From Glycera tridactyla (taxonomy: Eukaryota), in NCBI GenBank assembly GCA_965644265.1, contig OZ286468.1, positions 14,136,001 through 14,200,000 of the forward strand: DNA of 64,000 nt, given 5' to 3'. Every line of letters starts with the position of its first letter. The first letter of the stretch is position 1. The notes under the pieces were generated by a model. That model did not search any database and was not told the origin of the DNA. It saw only the letters and a list, made by a program, of their open reading frames with translations. The position numbers were made by a program, and so were the translations under genes. This document shows, piece after piece, positions 33,457 to 44,876 of the stretch.

Positions 33457-34284
33457 AAAAAAAGTATTGAAGTGAAAAAAAAAGTTTGTCTTTTGTTTCT
33501 ATCTATTCAATGGCATAATAAGTAAGATGATAGCATCAAATGAGTCGGTTTCCATAACTAGGGCGAATCTTGCCAAATATTGTCTTCAAGGGAGCTGGAA
33601 TGGGAATTCACCAAGGCGAGTTCATTTATAGCTAGGTGGGATTATTTATAGACAGGCGGAGTTATTTATAGACAGGCGGGTTTATTTATAGCTACCGCGT
33701 CAAAATCAACGCTATTTATAACTCGCTGTCAGTAGTGCGCACGATAGCATCCGCATGGATGCCGCGGTAAGAGGACGTGGATTTCTTGTCACGAGCATGA
33801 AACCAGATTCATTCTATGAGAGATATATTCCGTATGCATGTGAAAGAACCATCACTATCTTTCACAAAAGAAGGGATTGATCAAGAAAGCGTGTGTATGG
33901 GGATATAAGCCATATCCATTTGAAAGAATCATCACCACTCTGTAAAGAGAAGTGATTGATCCCGGGAACACTGCATCTTCCTCAGTCTTTTCAAGAATGA
34001 TGAGCTGAAAAGAGAAGGGATTGACCCCAGCAGTGCTGGTTCTTCCTCATTCTTTTCAAGAACGATAAACTGAAACATACAAATTGAGAGATATATGCGG
34101 GAGAAAATGTCAGTCTTATAATGTTAATCTAGAATAAATATCCTCAGAATAATAAGAAAGACGGAACCACTTGATAAAACTAATGAAATATAGGCAATAA
34201 AAGAATACCATGAAGATATGAGCGGTGAAATATCTCGCTATTTTTTTTTCCCACGGATCAAGACTGTGGACCTCCAGCATTGTT

Positions 34285-34425
34285 CGAAAGCGCGAAACTA
34301 TAGGCGCGCCACAAGAAGAGCACTAAAAAAGGCGCTAAAAAAAGGCGCTAAAAGAAGGCGCTGAAAGAAGGCGCCAACTTTAGGTTATATAAGGAAGAAA
34401 TCTTAATTTGACCGCTGTCATTTGT
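34285..34425 (+). promoter_or_regulatory. Candidate Pol II promoter inside the Maverick
   Basis: GCGCGAAA (E2F-type, about 34290), four AAGGCGC repeats (34325-34375), TATATAAG at 34386-34393 and TCATTT initiator-like site about 30 nt downstream. Confidence 0.5.
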
Positions 34426-34449
34426 GATCGAATCACTGAAACGGTCGAG

Positions 34450-34597
34450 ATGAAGCGATGTCAGCGGAATAGGCACTGTTTGTGCCACGAGTGTATGGAT
34501 GGATTACACATGTATTGCCCTAATCGTGGTCCGAAACCTGGATCAGAACTCAGTTTGGTCGTGGGATTGAAAATTGGAACCATCTATGCAAATACAG
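34450..34597 (+). CDS. Predicted exon 1 of Maverick spliced membrane protein (Cys/His-rich)
   Basis: ATG 34450 just after TATA/Inr; MKRCQRNRHCLCHECMDGLHMYCP...; phase-1 donor ACAG|GTTAGT. Confidence 0.4.
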
Positions 34598-35342
34598 GTT
34601 AGTTGATTGTTCTTTCATTATGATTAATTGATAGAAAGATAGGAAGGCAGACAGACGCACACACAGGCATTGAAAATTGGAACCAAGTATGTGAATACCG
34701 GTTAGATGATTGTTCTTTGATCATGATTAATTTATAAACAGATAGGTAGGCAGACAGACACACAGACGCATTCAGACAGATGGATAGACATGCACACGGA
34801 TGCACATGGACGCGCACATACAGACAGATATGTAGAATAATGCTTACTCAGTTTTGATAGATGCACATACAGACAGACACACGGACACATTCAGACAGAT
34901 GGATAAACATGCACCCGGATGCACACGGACGTACACACAGACAGATACGTAGAGTAATGCTTATTCAGTTTTGTCTGTTACCAAGATCATGAATCCAAAA
35001 TACATTTCAAGTGAAAAACATGTCTATTTTTGAATATATTCTGTGTGATTCTGTAAGAACCATCGCTTTCCTTCGCAAGAAGAATGGATTGATCCATTTT
35101 TGTCACCTCCGCTATCAGATTAAGGAGTAGTCATATATCCAGACATGAAGTCATTAGATTCAATTTGTTCGTGTCAAGGAGGTATAGACATGTCTGAACT
35201 GACAAATACATCGACTCAACTTTCTTTCTGGTTCCTATCATATTATATTCAGAGTTTGAGTGAGTGACATATATACGATCAGAACATTTAGTTGATCAAA
35301 TTCAACTGCAATCAGTAATGAATTCTTTTGTTTTCAATATAG

Positions 35343-35561
35343 ATATATGTGAGAGAGAGGATGTCACTACAACACAAAGATTGAACAGAGGTGGAAGACT
35401 ACTTGATGGGCCTGACGGTTTGCTTGCCACCTCATCTGATGGACTTCCGATTGATTCGGTGACTGGAATTTCAGCCGGAACCATAACAGCTGCATCAACT
35501 ATCCCAATGATCATAATCATTCTGATGATTATCAGCGCCTTCTTTCTGATCAAACATCATG
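35343..35561 (+). CDS. Predicted exon 2 (transmembrane segment)
   Basis: Acceptor TTCTTTTGTTTTCAATATAG|, phase 1; encodes IPMIIIILMIISAFFLI; strong donor CATG|GTGAGT, phase 1. Confidence 0.6.
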
Positions 35562-35998
35562 GTGAGTTCCATTTATTTGAATCACATTTTGGTGAATAAT
35601 ATTCAAAGGATGAAATTCATGTAGAATATTCAATTCTTCTTCATTATCACATACAAATTTTTCATTATCACACTTAGTGAATGTGAAAAAGTATATTTGG
35701 TGAAGGGAAAAAGCATACCTGGTGAACGGAAAAGTATACTTGATGATTGGAAAAAAACACATGAGGAAGAATCCAATGTATTTTGAATGTAAATTTTTCA
35801 TCAACATATTTTGAAAAATGACAACAATTGTTTTCATTTATGCATACATCTCGAATGAAAAAAACACCTTGGTTCATCATTCCATCAAACATCAATTTGA
35901 TTAATACATAAGATTTAGTGGAAACAACCCAGCGCTGATATCTAATTGGAATTTGGAATTTACAGAATTTTTGATGAAGTGTATGTTCGCTGTTTCAG

Positions 35999-37512
35999 TT
36001 CATGTGAATTTCGGGAGAATGGGGAATATCGTGTCCTCGCATCTACCACGAATTCCGAGACGGTCGATTCATCCAGCCCCGCCAGGAGGGATAAGACGCC
36101 CGCTTCCACGTCTGCCGCCACCGACTCGCCCCCCTCCCCCACGTGTCGATGGTCTACCACCACTCCCGCCACCAACACGTGTAGACGGTCTACCGCCACT
36201 CCCGCCGCCAAGAAAGAAACCAAGACCCCCACCAGTTCGCGCCCTACCTCCACAGAAACACGGACTACCCCTACTCCCACCGTTAATGCCAAAACCGCTT
36301 GATCATCCAGGTCAAATAGCTGCATCGCTAGCTGAACTAGGTGACGTTGTTGGAGCTACCAAAATAATACACCCACATGTTCCGTCCATTCCCCGACTCC
36401 CCAGGCAGTATGAGCCTGGACCTGCGCGTGGTCTAGCAATTGCTCTAGGCGAATTGGGTCGATATCATACACCGTCCTTGGTATCCCATGGAGATAGCGG
36501 AATGAGCCCAATATCAGATTCCGATCATGTAGTGCATTCAGTACCCTCGCCTAGTTTGCTGACAGAAAATTCCTCGGACTACTATCCTGATCGTTCCTCG
36601 GACTACTATTATGATCGTTCCTCAACCCAGTATCATGATCTACCGGTTCCATCTCCACGTACAGTTTTACCATCACCTGAAGAGAGTTTTGAAGAGAGAG
36701 TGGCTAGGTGGCGCTTCGATCCACCTTCAAATGCTACTTCTGATCATGATCATGATCATGATCATGATCATGATCATGATCATGACTATGAGCAGGTGGA
36801 TAGTGTAACTGAATCAGTCCAAGATACGGTAGATGAGGTCTACAAAATGTATGAAGATTCTGACTCAGATTGGGATTATGAGATTGATAGTATTTATGAA
36901 GAACTGAATATGTTGGATAATGACTTACATGGTGTGAACTATAATGACTCTGATGATGATGATTGGATTACTCCTTCAGAAGATGACAATGTGAGTTGTA
37001 GCTATCCAGATGAGGAAGGTTTGGAGAGAACTGGTCAGTTTGATGAGGGAGAGGGTGCGGAGGTGGTGAGTGGACAGATCGATGAGGGAGAGGGTGCGGA
37101 GGTTGAGAGTGGTCAGTTTGGTGAGGGAAAGGGTGCGGAGGTGATGAGTGGTCGGTTTGATGAGGTAGGTGGGGGAGAGGATTCGGTGCAGGAAGTGAGT
37201 GGTCAAGATGAGAATGTAGAGGAGGCGAGTGGTCAGATCAGAGAGGGAGGTAGCGAAAATCATCAGGATGGTGGGGAAGAGGATCCGGAGGCGAGTGGTC
37301 ATATTGGTGGGGAAGAGGATCCGGAGGCGAGTGGTCATATTGGTGGGGAAGAGGATCCGGAGGCGAGTGGTCATATTGGTGGGGAAGAGGATCCGGAGGC
37401 GAGTGGTCATATTAGTGAGGGAGGTAGCAGTGCTCATCATCCACCAGCTTCCTTCATTTCACTCAGACGTCGTGAAGTTGAAAGAGTGGTCAAATTGAAA
37501 AAGAAGAAGTGA
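35999..37512 (+). CDS. Predicted exon 3: Pro-rich, (DH)n and acidic repeat tail (most of ORF 35953-37512)
   Basis: Acceptor GTTTCAG| in the phase matching exon 2; about 504 open codons; four perfect 36-bp repeats at 37270-37413; basic end KLKKKK. Confidence 0.65.
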
Positions 37513-38528
37513 AGGAAGCTGGTGAACATCCAAATCAATACTTTTTGATATTTAGTCTCAGTATTTTCTCAGTCAGTCTCACTTATTTTAGTTTCAATCT
37601 GAATTGAAATAGTTTACTGTGGTTGTATTAGGGAAGAGTCAGTTTTTAAATTTTCCATTGCATGGTCAGTTTCTGAACTGTGGTCGCTTTATAGAGGAGT
37701 CTGTCCATAGCCGGTAGTGAGTAATAAAATCTCTCATATTCCTCACAACTCCAATGCAGTAGTAGAGACTGTGAAAACTTTCACATCTCATAGATTCCAA
37801 AATGATGGTAGTCATTTTATGGATCTACTGAACTCTAGCATATGGTTACTGTCATCTTTCGGTTGTATTAGGGAGGTGTCCACTTTAAAATTTTCCATCC
37901 ACCACTCACTCTATCTCATTTTTTAAAGTTGGAACGTAAATCTAACTACACATAATTTTGCGCGGTATATGAGACTGAGAAAACCGCTAACTGGCACAAC
38001 TCATAGAGTTCAATTTATGAAGGTGGTCATTTTATGAAGGTGATCATTTTATGCATGTCTACTCCACCACACATTCATGGGAGATACATAAGATCCATTC
38101 AGATCAAGATGTTGATATCATATAGTTTGATAGATGGATGTTCTGAAGGTGGTCGTATCATGAAGGTGGTCGTATCATGAAGGCGTTCACATATATTTTG
38201 ACGGAAATGTTCTTGCCCTAATATTCTATATTGTTGGATGTGCTTGTATCATGGATGGATTTCAAAATAAAAACCCATTACTTGACAATACAGTATTTGT
38301 ATCGAATCCTGTTTCAACTGAAAATGTGATTTTGACCTCATTCTCTGTGACTAGTTCTGACACACTCGCGCATCGAATTTTTATTGTTCATCAAGACAAG
38401 GGGGAGGGTCATCAATTAAGGACTGCAGGTCAGGGAGGATCATCATTTATGACCTGCAGGATGGGAGGGACATCAATTATGGACTGTGAAACAGCTAGTA
38501 GACTGTTTCTATACTTAAATATTTCTGG

Positions 38529-38903
38529 ACATCTTCTGCATAAGCCTGGATCTGATATCGCCCTTTTTCTGGTGGAAAAAAGGGATCTACCGATTCCAAC
38601 CTTACCCCGGTCACACCACGAGGAGGTAGATGTCATATGACCATCTAACCTTTTGAATAGTCGTAAATTGACTATGATTGGTCAAATAAAACTAAGAATA
38701 ATGTAGTTTTATGAAGAGTATTATAATTTGAACATCTTCTGCATAAGCTTGGATTTGACAGTTTCCCTTTGTAGTGGTAATAAGGGATTCTATCGGTTCC
38801 AACCTTACCCCGGTCACACCGCGAGGAGGTAGATGTCATATGACCGTCTAACCTTTTTGAATAGTCACAAAAATGACTAAAATTGTCCGAATGAAGCTAA
38901 GAA
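38529..38903. repeat. Diverged tandem duplication (about 203-bp period) within the Maverick
   Basis: ACATCTTCTGCATAAGC...CCAACCTTACCCCGGTCACACC.CGAGGAGGTAGATGTCATATGACC present from 38529 and 38732. Confidence 0.85.
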
Positions 38904-39503
38904 AGTGTGTTTTGGATTTTATTTTTTTATAATTTTTTTTTTCTTATTTTATAGGAACACTTCAATTCTGAATAGATATTCATTGTCAATGATAAAAGAT
39001 CGCTCACTCGATCAAACTAAGATTGGTGCTTTTCGGATTGGTATTCAACCAATGAACAAGATCAAACTCGATATTTCTGTTCGGATACCCGTCCGGGTTC
39101 AATCCTTTTCCTGTGACGTTGATACATACTCATATCGAGTTGAATTGTCTGCTTGGACTCTCATCAAGTAAAGATCATGCACGACTGTGCAGAGCAAGGT
39201 TCAAAGCACTGCAAATATATCATCACCACATGTCATTGAAAACGTCTGCTTGAACTCCTGTCCAGGAAAGTTCCTCTTACGTTGATGCAGACAGAGTGAA
39301 AATGACTTGTGAACCAAATATATTGTAAGTGATCAGTCTAATTTCATTGCGATGGATGAACATTAAGAAATAAAGTGTTCCATTTTATAATTTTTTTCGT
39401 GGGTAATGTATCCTCTCGATACTTAAATGATTCAAACTGAGTATTGAGAGAATGCAGAACCAAATTAATGAAATAACGATAATTTCGACACTGCATTGCA
39501 CTG

Positions 39504-39914
39504 TTATATGAAATGGAAAATGAAATGTTCCATACAAATTGCACCAAGACGAATTCTACCGACACTATCCCACCAATGAAATGAGATTTTTGGAATGAGT
39601 CCGGTATCGGGGCTGGCTATAGCGTCCAGATAGGTATCCTGAGCGTTAGACGTGTCCATCCCATCTGCGAAGGTCGAGCGATACTCTAAGACTTTGATTA
39701 ATATTCTCAGACCGCGAATATAGGCCGTGAATGTAAAGTCAAAGTCTGAGGTAAACAAACCACGTCTGCAGATAGGGCAAGAATTGTGTCCTTCATTAAC
39801 CATCTGGATTAGGCATGTGATACAAGAAAAGTGGTTGCATGATGGTAAACGAGGAAATAAGTCGTTATTCCGAAATTCGTAGCAAATGATACACTCCGAA
39901 TAAATTTCCGACAT
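39504..39914 (-). CDS. C3HC4 RING-finger protein (putative E3 ubiquitin ligase), 136 aa
   Basis: CIIC-x14-CNH-x2-CITC-x11-CPIC has canonical RING spacing. Confidence 0.8.
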   Translation of the reverse strand: MSEIYSECIICYEFRNNDLFPRLPSCNHFSCITCLIQMVNEGHNSCPICRRGLFTSDFDFTFTAYIRGLRILIKVLEYRSTFADGMDTSNAQDTYLDAIASPDTGLIPKISFHWWDSVGRIRLGAICMEHFIFHFI

Positions 39915-40177
39915 TTTAGATCTGGTGTGTATGGTGTGAAATATAACAGTGCAATGTAGCCTACAGATAGAATACCATCACCATCACCATCAAAGGGGGG
40001 TGGTGTGGAGGAGGGTTGTAGTGACCACCCTCAGATTCATCCAATCATAGGTTCCATAGGGAACAACCATAGCGTCCACCCACGATATGGAATATGGAAC
40101 TTGATTTATAGTCCACCATTTCCTCACGATATATATTATTCAGAATGGTGTCTGACCAGAAATTCAAGATGAAATGG

Positions 40178-41260
40178 TCAGAATTGATCTGTGAATCCAA
40201 ATGGGGAACATTCCTTGCAAGAAATGAATCCCATCTCATTATTGTGTGTTTCACAACAAGAAATGATATTGGATGATGGAGAGAAATTCTCCATCTCTGC
40301 AACCGCGTGTTTGAATTTGTCAAATTCAATGAATTTGAAAGCGATGTTTGGTCTGCCAAATTTAGATGGAGCACCAACTGGAGCATCTCTCTCTAGATAT
40401 CGCTTATGGATAGAAACACAGTACAGACCAGTCTTCACCTCAACATAGAAGGCTGCTCCGAGGTGGATCCTCAAACTTTCTGTTTCGTTGCGTTTCACAC
40501 GTTCAACTGCTTCACTAATTCTGTCCAAATTGGAAATCAGCAGCTTCCATCGACTCTGTGAGAGTACGACTGTTCTACCGTCGATGTCATTTCCATAGTC
40601 TGTTTTCAAAGCAAGCTTGTAATATTCTTCGTCGGACGAAATTGTGAATCGTCTGCCATATCCGACATCTCTCAGGAAAAATGATGTTGGAAATACATTC
40701 AGTTGAACTGAAGCTGGTCTCTCAGCCTGGCCGTTCAGTGCTGAATTGCTAGCAGCGGCAGTAGCATTAGCAAAGTTGGATGATGGTGGAATTGAGTTGG
40801 CGATAGATGGAAGTGTGATCCCATTCTCCATACACTTCTGAGTAGGAACGAATAGTGACTGGCTTTCTTCAACTTGATCTTCACTACTTTTACTCAGAGA
40901 ACACTCAATGTTAAATGTAGATTCTGATATGGCAGGTTTTTTTAGTCCATCAGCAGCATCACAGTGTGAAGATTGGTCTTTGGTGATTTGAGATGGAGTA
41001 GTGTCAATAGTATTATCTACGCGCTCAATATTCACCAAGGTGACAGAATCTGAAGAGTTGTCTTCATTGATTATAATCGCAGAATCAGAAGTCGGAGGAG
41101 AAATTTGTCCATTCTGTCCTCCATAGTACGAGAACTGGCGGAGAAAGTTGGGACGATAATCCAAACGGGATGGAACTGCTTCAGCTTGATCTTGTCCGTA
41201 TCTTTCCTTCTTCTCAGGAACTGGTGTTGTAGCAGAATGATTTCGCTTTCCACGATGCAT
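40178..41260 (-). CDS. PC4-like ssDNA-binding protein (360 aa) with N-terminal NLS-like and low-complexity region and C-terminal Cys/His cluster
   Basis: RIHLGAAFYVEV...CVSIHKRY...NIAFKFIEFDKF resembles PC4-fold repeats; ends CCETHNNEMGFISCKECSPFG; TATAAA on the minus strand near 41375. Confidence 0.65.
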   Translation of the reverse strand: MHRGKRNHSATTPVPEKKERYGQDQAEAVPSRLDYRPNFLRQFSYYGGQNGQISPPTSDSAIIINEDNSSDSVTLVNIERVDNTIDTTPSQITKDQSSHCDAADGLKKPAISESTFNIECSLSKSSEDQVEESQSLFVPTQKCMENGITLPSIANSIPPSSNFANATAAASNSALNGQAERPASVQLNVFPTSFFLRDVGYGRRFTISSDEEYYKLALKTDYGNDIDGRTVVLSQSRWKLLISNLDRISEAVERVKRNETESLRIHLGAAFYVEVKTGLYCVSIHKRYLERDAPVGAPSKFGRPNIAFKFIEFDKFKHAVAEMENFSPSSNIISCCETHNNEMGFISCKECSPFGFTDQF

Positions 41261-42193
41261 TTTTCTCTTCCGGAGGAAAAATGGAAACAGGAAACTAGAC
41301 GGAAACTGGTGAAGAGTAATCTCTGTCTCTGCTGTAGATATTAGAGGAGTGGGAATAGTGATCCGATGTATGCGGTTTATATGTGCTAGAGCTTAAAATA
41401 AAACGTCAGTCATTGGCAAAATGGGAGGAGGGGGGTGGAGTGGTCATTTCTCATGAAGACTAGTGGAAATTTCCATCAGGTAGGATCGATTCAGTTTACA
41501 TTAGATGAATGCTTGTAATGCATATTGGATCGAGAGCAGAGTAAGTATTTCTTGATCAGACAGGACCGATTCACATCCTCATAGGTATCGACTTATGATA
41601 TATATATATATATATTGAAACGGATTTTTCTATTAACTATATTAGTTGGATCTATCAATATATGGAGGTTCAATTCAGTATTCGTCTTATTATAGTGATC
41701 TGAAGACATTATTTATTGAATCAATAGTGAAAATGTCCCCTGACCTGATGAGGATACAATCACAGTTGGATTTCTCGGTCAGGAAATGTAGCGTGATTAA
41801 ATATGGTAATGGGCACATGAGTGGACGAGGGAGGTAGACATGGGGGGTGAATTGAAGAGGGATATGTGACTAACCCGAGGAGGACCAATCACAGCAGGAT
41901 AAGTCAGCCATATTGCATCTGATAAGATACGGATTAGGTTGATGCAACAATCAACTGGCAGGGTATGGAAGTCTACACATTCTTGGGTACGCATTCAATT
42001 TAGAGGAGGCAGGTGGTTAGTCTATTTGATCCAGAAAACTATTCACTCAATTATAGAGCAGAATGAGACGGATCCAAGCAGCAGATGTTCAATAACGTGA
42101 GGGAAAATGGGATATAGTAAGAGGAATAAGATGTCATCTTAATGGAGTGGAAACCTGTACCCATCCAGAATCTCGTCAAATATCGAATTTTAC

Positions 42194-42438
42194 ATGATTT
42201 ATCTGCACAGAACTTGGTGTGAAAATAGAAATAAATGGATTTCTAGGTTGATTTAATAGATGATAAATGTCAATTCCAAGAGAAATATGATGACAAGTTA
42301 TTGATATGGGGGCCTATGGCCGCCCCAGATCCGTTCAAATATAGAGGTTTTAATTATTTTTTATTATCCAGCTGTCACATTATTATTATTTATCTGCACA
42401 GAACTTGAGGCGGCCATAGGCACCCATATAATACTACT
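42194..42438 (-). repeat. Right terminal inverted repeat of the Maverick
   Basis: Ends ...ATAATACTACT followed by TTATTA. Confidence 0.95.
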
Positions 42439-42507
42439 TTATTATTTGACCAATCACGTAATCAACAGGTTCACACAGTGGTCAACACATCGTGATCGTT
42501 TGAAGGG

Positions 42508-42723
42508 TTTTGTTTGTTTGTTTGTTTGAATTTAACGTCACTTAAACCCGCATGGGTTATATCGGACTGAAAAAACTGAAAATGCTGAAGAAAACAGTCA
42601 CTGCATGTTGGGGGCCGTCCCTACTCTTTGCGAAAGACAGCAGTGGATCTTTAAAGTGCGTCAAGGAAAAGACTCCTATCAACACGGCCGGCCTTTGATA
42701 TCCCAGTCGGCATGCACTGGGTT
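42508..42723 (-). mobile_element. SINE-like element, same family as 11344-11545
   Basis: 10-bp TSD GTTTGAAGGG (42498-42507; 42724-42733); (TTTG)n tail. Confidence 0.8.
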
Positions 42724-44543
42724 GTTTGAAGGGGATCGTTCCAAATTGAGTCAAAAGTGATATTAACAGATATTGGTTGGTTATTGGGGGTCCAGAGTTA
42801 TGTTTGATCTGTCAGCTGTCTCCAGAACCTCGCATCCAGGGCCGGGCAGAGTCAGGCCCTGGAAACCAGTCTTGATCGGCTCCCTGGATCGAGGTTGCAC
42901 TTGACAACCTTTGTGGTTCCCCCAGCATCTTGTCTTCGGGAGTTGTGAGAGTGATGCCTGCAGAGGACAGAGCATCTGACCTTTATAGATCTTTCTTTAT
43001 TGAATATTAAAATCTCGATGGACCGAGCGACCAACCAACCCACCAATAAACCAATCAATTAAGAAGGCATCCAAACATCTGGATAAATCTGCGAGGCTAA
43101 AAGAGCCACCCTGTTATTTCGTAAAGAGAGGGATGAACTCCTCAGCAGGAGTGCCCTATTCTTCAGCCAGTACTTATTTCCTTCATGAAGAAAAAAAGAG
43201 GAAAATACCACAAAATGATACATAGATAAGAATAAACACTTTTATTACAGATTCCCTTTTTAGTCCAACATTTGTCTAGACTAGCAATAACTTCTCGAAT
43301 GATCCTGCCTGGTTTGAAGAGACGTTAAGCACCACTCAATCAATCAATCAATCAATCAATCAGTCAATGAAGCAATGAATCAATCATCCAACCCTCTCAG
43401 ACCAGGATCACTCGGCATACATGATCATTAGGATCGATGTATACCTTTAAACCAAAACCAAATCAAACCATCCAGGCAGATATTCAATATCTCTCAAAAA
43501 ATACCGGGCATACTCAACGATCTGTTGATTCCTATATAACCCTGATTAAACCGTCCAAAAAAACGTCGTTGCAAACTCAAGCCGTTGAACTGGTGTGGAG
43601 TTAGTGTCTCTTGTCAACGCATGACGAGCAAGTGTAGGTCATTCACCCTGTATTGGGTTTCAGCGGAAAGACCTATTCTCACTGAAATAACAGACCCCTA
43701 GGAGAAACATAAGGGCTTGTGAATGTTGTCGACCCCGAGTGTGCCAGTGCCCTAGTTTTTGCAAGGCGCATGCGATCATTTCACACACTTATGGACAAGA
43801 CTTGGTTCGGTTTGGTTGCCGTGTACTGTCATGTGTCGACCCAGAGGATTACTGTACGTATACCGTGTGTCACTGTTCAATGCAAGCTAGATGCTCTGTC
43901 CCCTGCAGGCCCCACTTCCACAAACCCTGAACACAAGATGGTGATGAACCGGGAGGGTTGTCAAGTGGAAATAGCTGACATTTCAGACACACCTCTATCT
44001 TGACGGAAGCTAGCACTTTCAAAAATGGGATAACCGTTGGTCTTGTGTATTCTTATATTTGAGTGAAACTGCATTTTGAATGTCTGAGAATGGGGTCAGT
44101 GAGAGGGAGGGGGCTGCTACCCTGGACATGTGGTGACATAAACGGGTCACATACGGGGTGACACTACCGGGGTGACGGAATCCACCCCCACCCCGACCCC
44201 AGGATATCAATGACAAATCAAGGCGAGTCTCATATATATATATATGTCCATATACATATAGGTGCCTGGGAACGAGCCCCCCCCCCCCCCCCCCGCACAC
44301 ATGTGCTCATGAGCTTGTTTCAAGTGCTGCGCTTTGCTCATAATGCATTGCTATCAATCTTGAGTGTCAGCTTCCAGTTACATCAATAGGTTCATTATGT
44401 TTATGTAGACTAGGTAGAGCTGTGTCTGAACTGTCATTTACTTCCACTTGACAACCTTTCCTCATCATCTTGTGTTCACGGTTGGTGTAAGTGATGTCTG
44501 CAGGGAGAGGACATCAATCTTTCACTAACCAGGAGCACACAGC

Positions 44544-44876
44544 ATACATAATCTTCTGAGTTGATACATGCCGTTAAACCTCATACAAACAAACGAGCAG
44601 AGAGAAATAGGCACAGGCAGGCAGGCAGGCAGGCAGGCAGGTAGACAGGCAGACAGGCGGGTAGGCAGTCAGTCAGACAGATATTCTGACTGGGGTGTTG
44701 GTCGATCTTACATAATACATAATCTTCTGAGTTGATACATGCCGTTAAACCTCAAACAAACAAACGAACAGAGAGAAATAGGCGCAGGCAGGCAGGCAGG
44801 CAGGCAGGTAGACAGGCAGACAGGCGGGTAGGCAGTCAGTCAGACAGATATTCTGACTGGGGTGTTGGTCGATCTT
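44544..44876. repeat. Recent tandem duplication (about 170-bp unit with (GGCA)n core)
   Basis: Two near-identical copies starting ATACATAATCTTCTGAG at 44544 and 44715. Confidence 0.9.

Larger units (their letters stand above)
21300..42438 (+). mobile_element. Complete Maverick/Polinton endogenous virus (21,139 bp)
   Basis: AGTAGT...ACTACT termini, 245-bp TIRs, 6-bp TSD TTATTA (21294-21299; 42439-42444), and pPolB, ATPase, integrase, capsid and protease ORFs. Confidence 0.97.

Noticed and set aside
36019-36040. MGNIVS N-myristoylation start for a stand-alone 497-aa protein
   Set aside because: Possible, but the in-phase acceptor 20 nt upstream and the matching donor favour an internal exon; kept only as an alternative.
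35946-36302. Thr/Ser-rich mucin-like overlapping ORF
   Set aside because: Most simply a shifted reading of the C-rich Pro-coding frame; it has no ATG start.
37270-37413. Four perfect 36-bp repeats resembling a CRISPR array
   Set aside because: There are no spacers; they are in-frame coding repeats (GGEEDPEASGHI) in a eukaryotic element.
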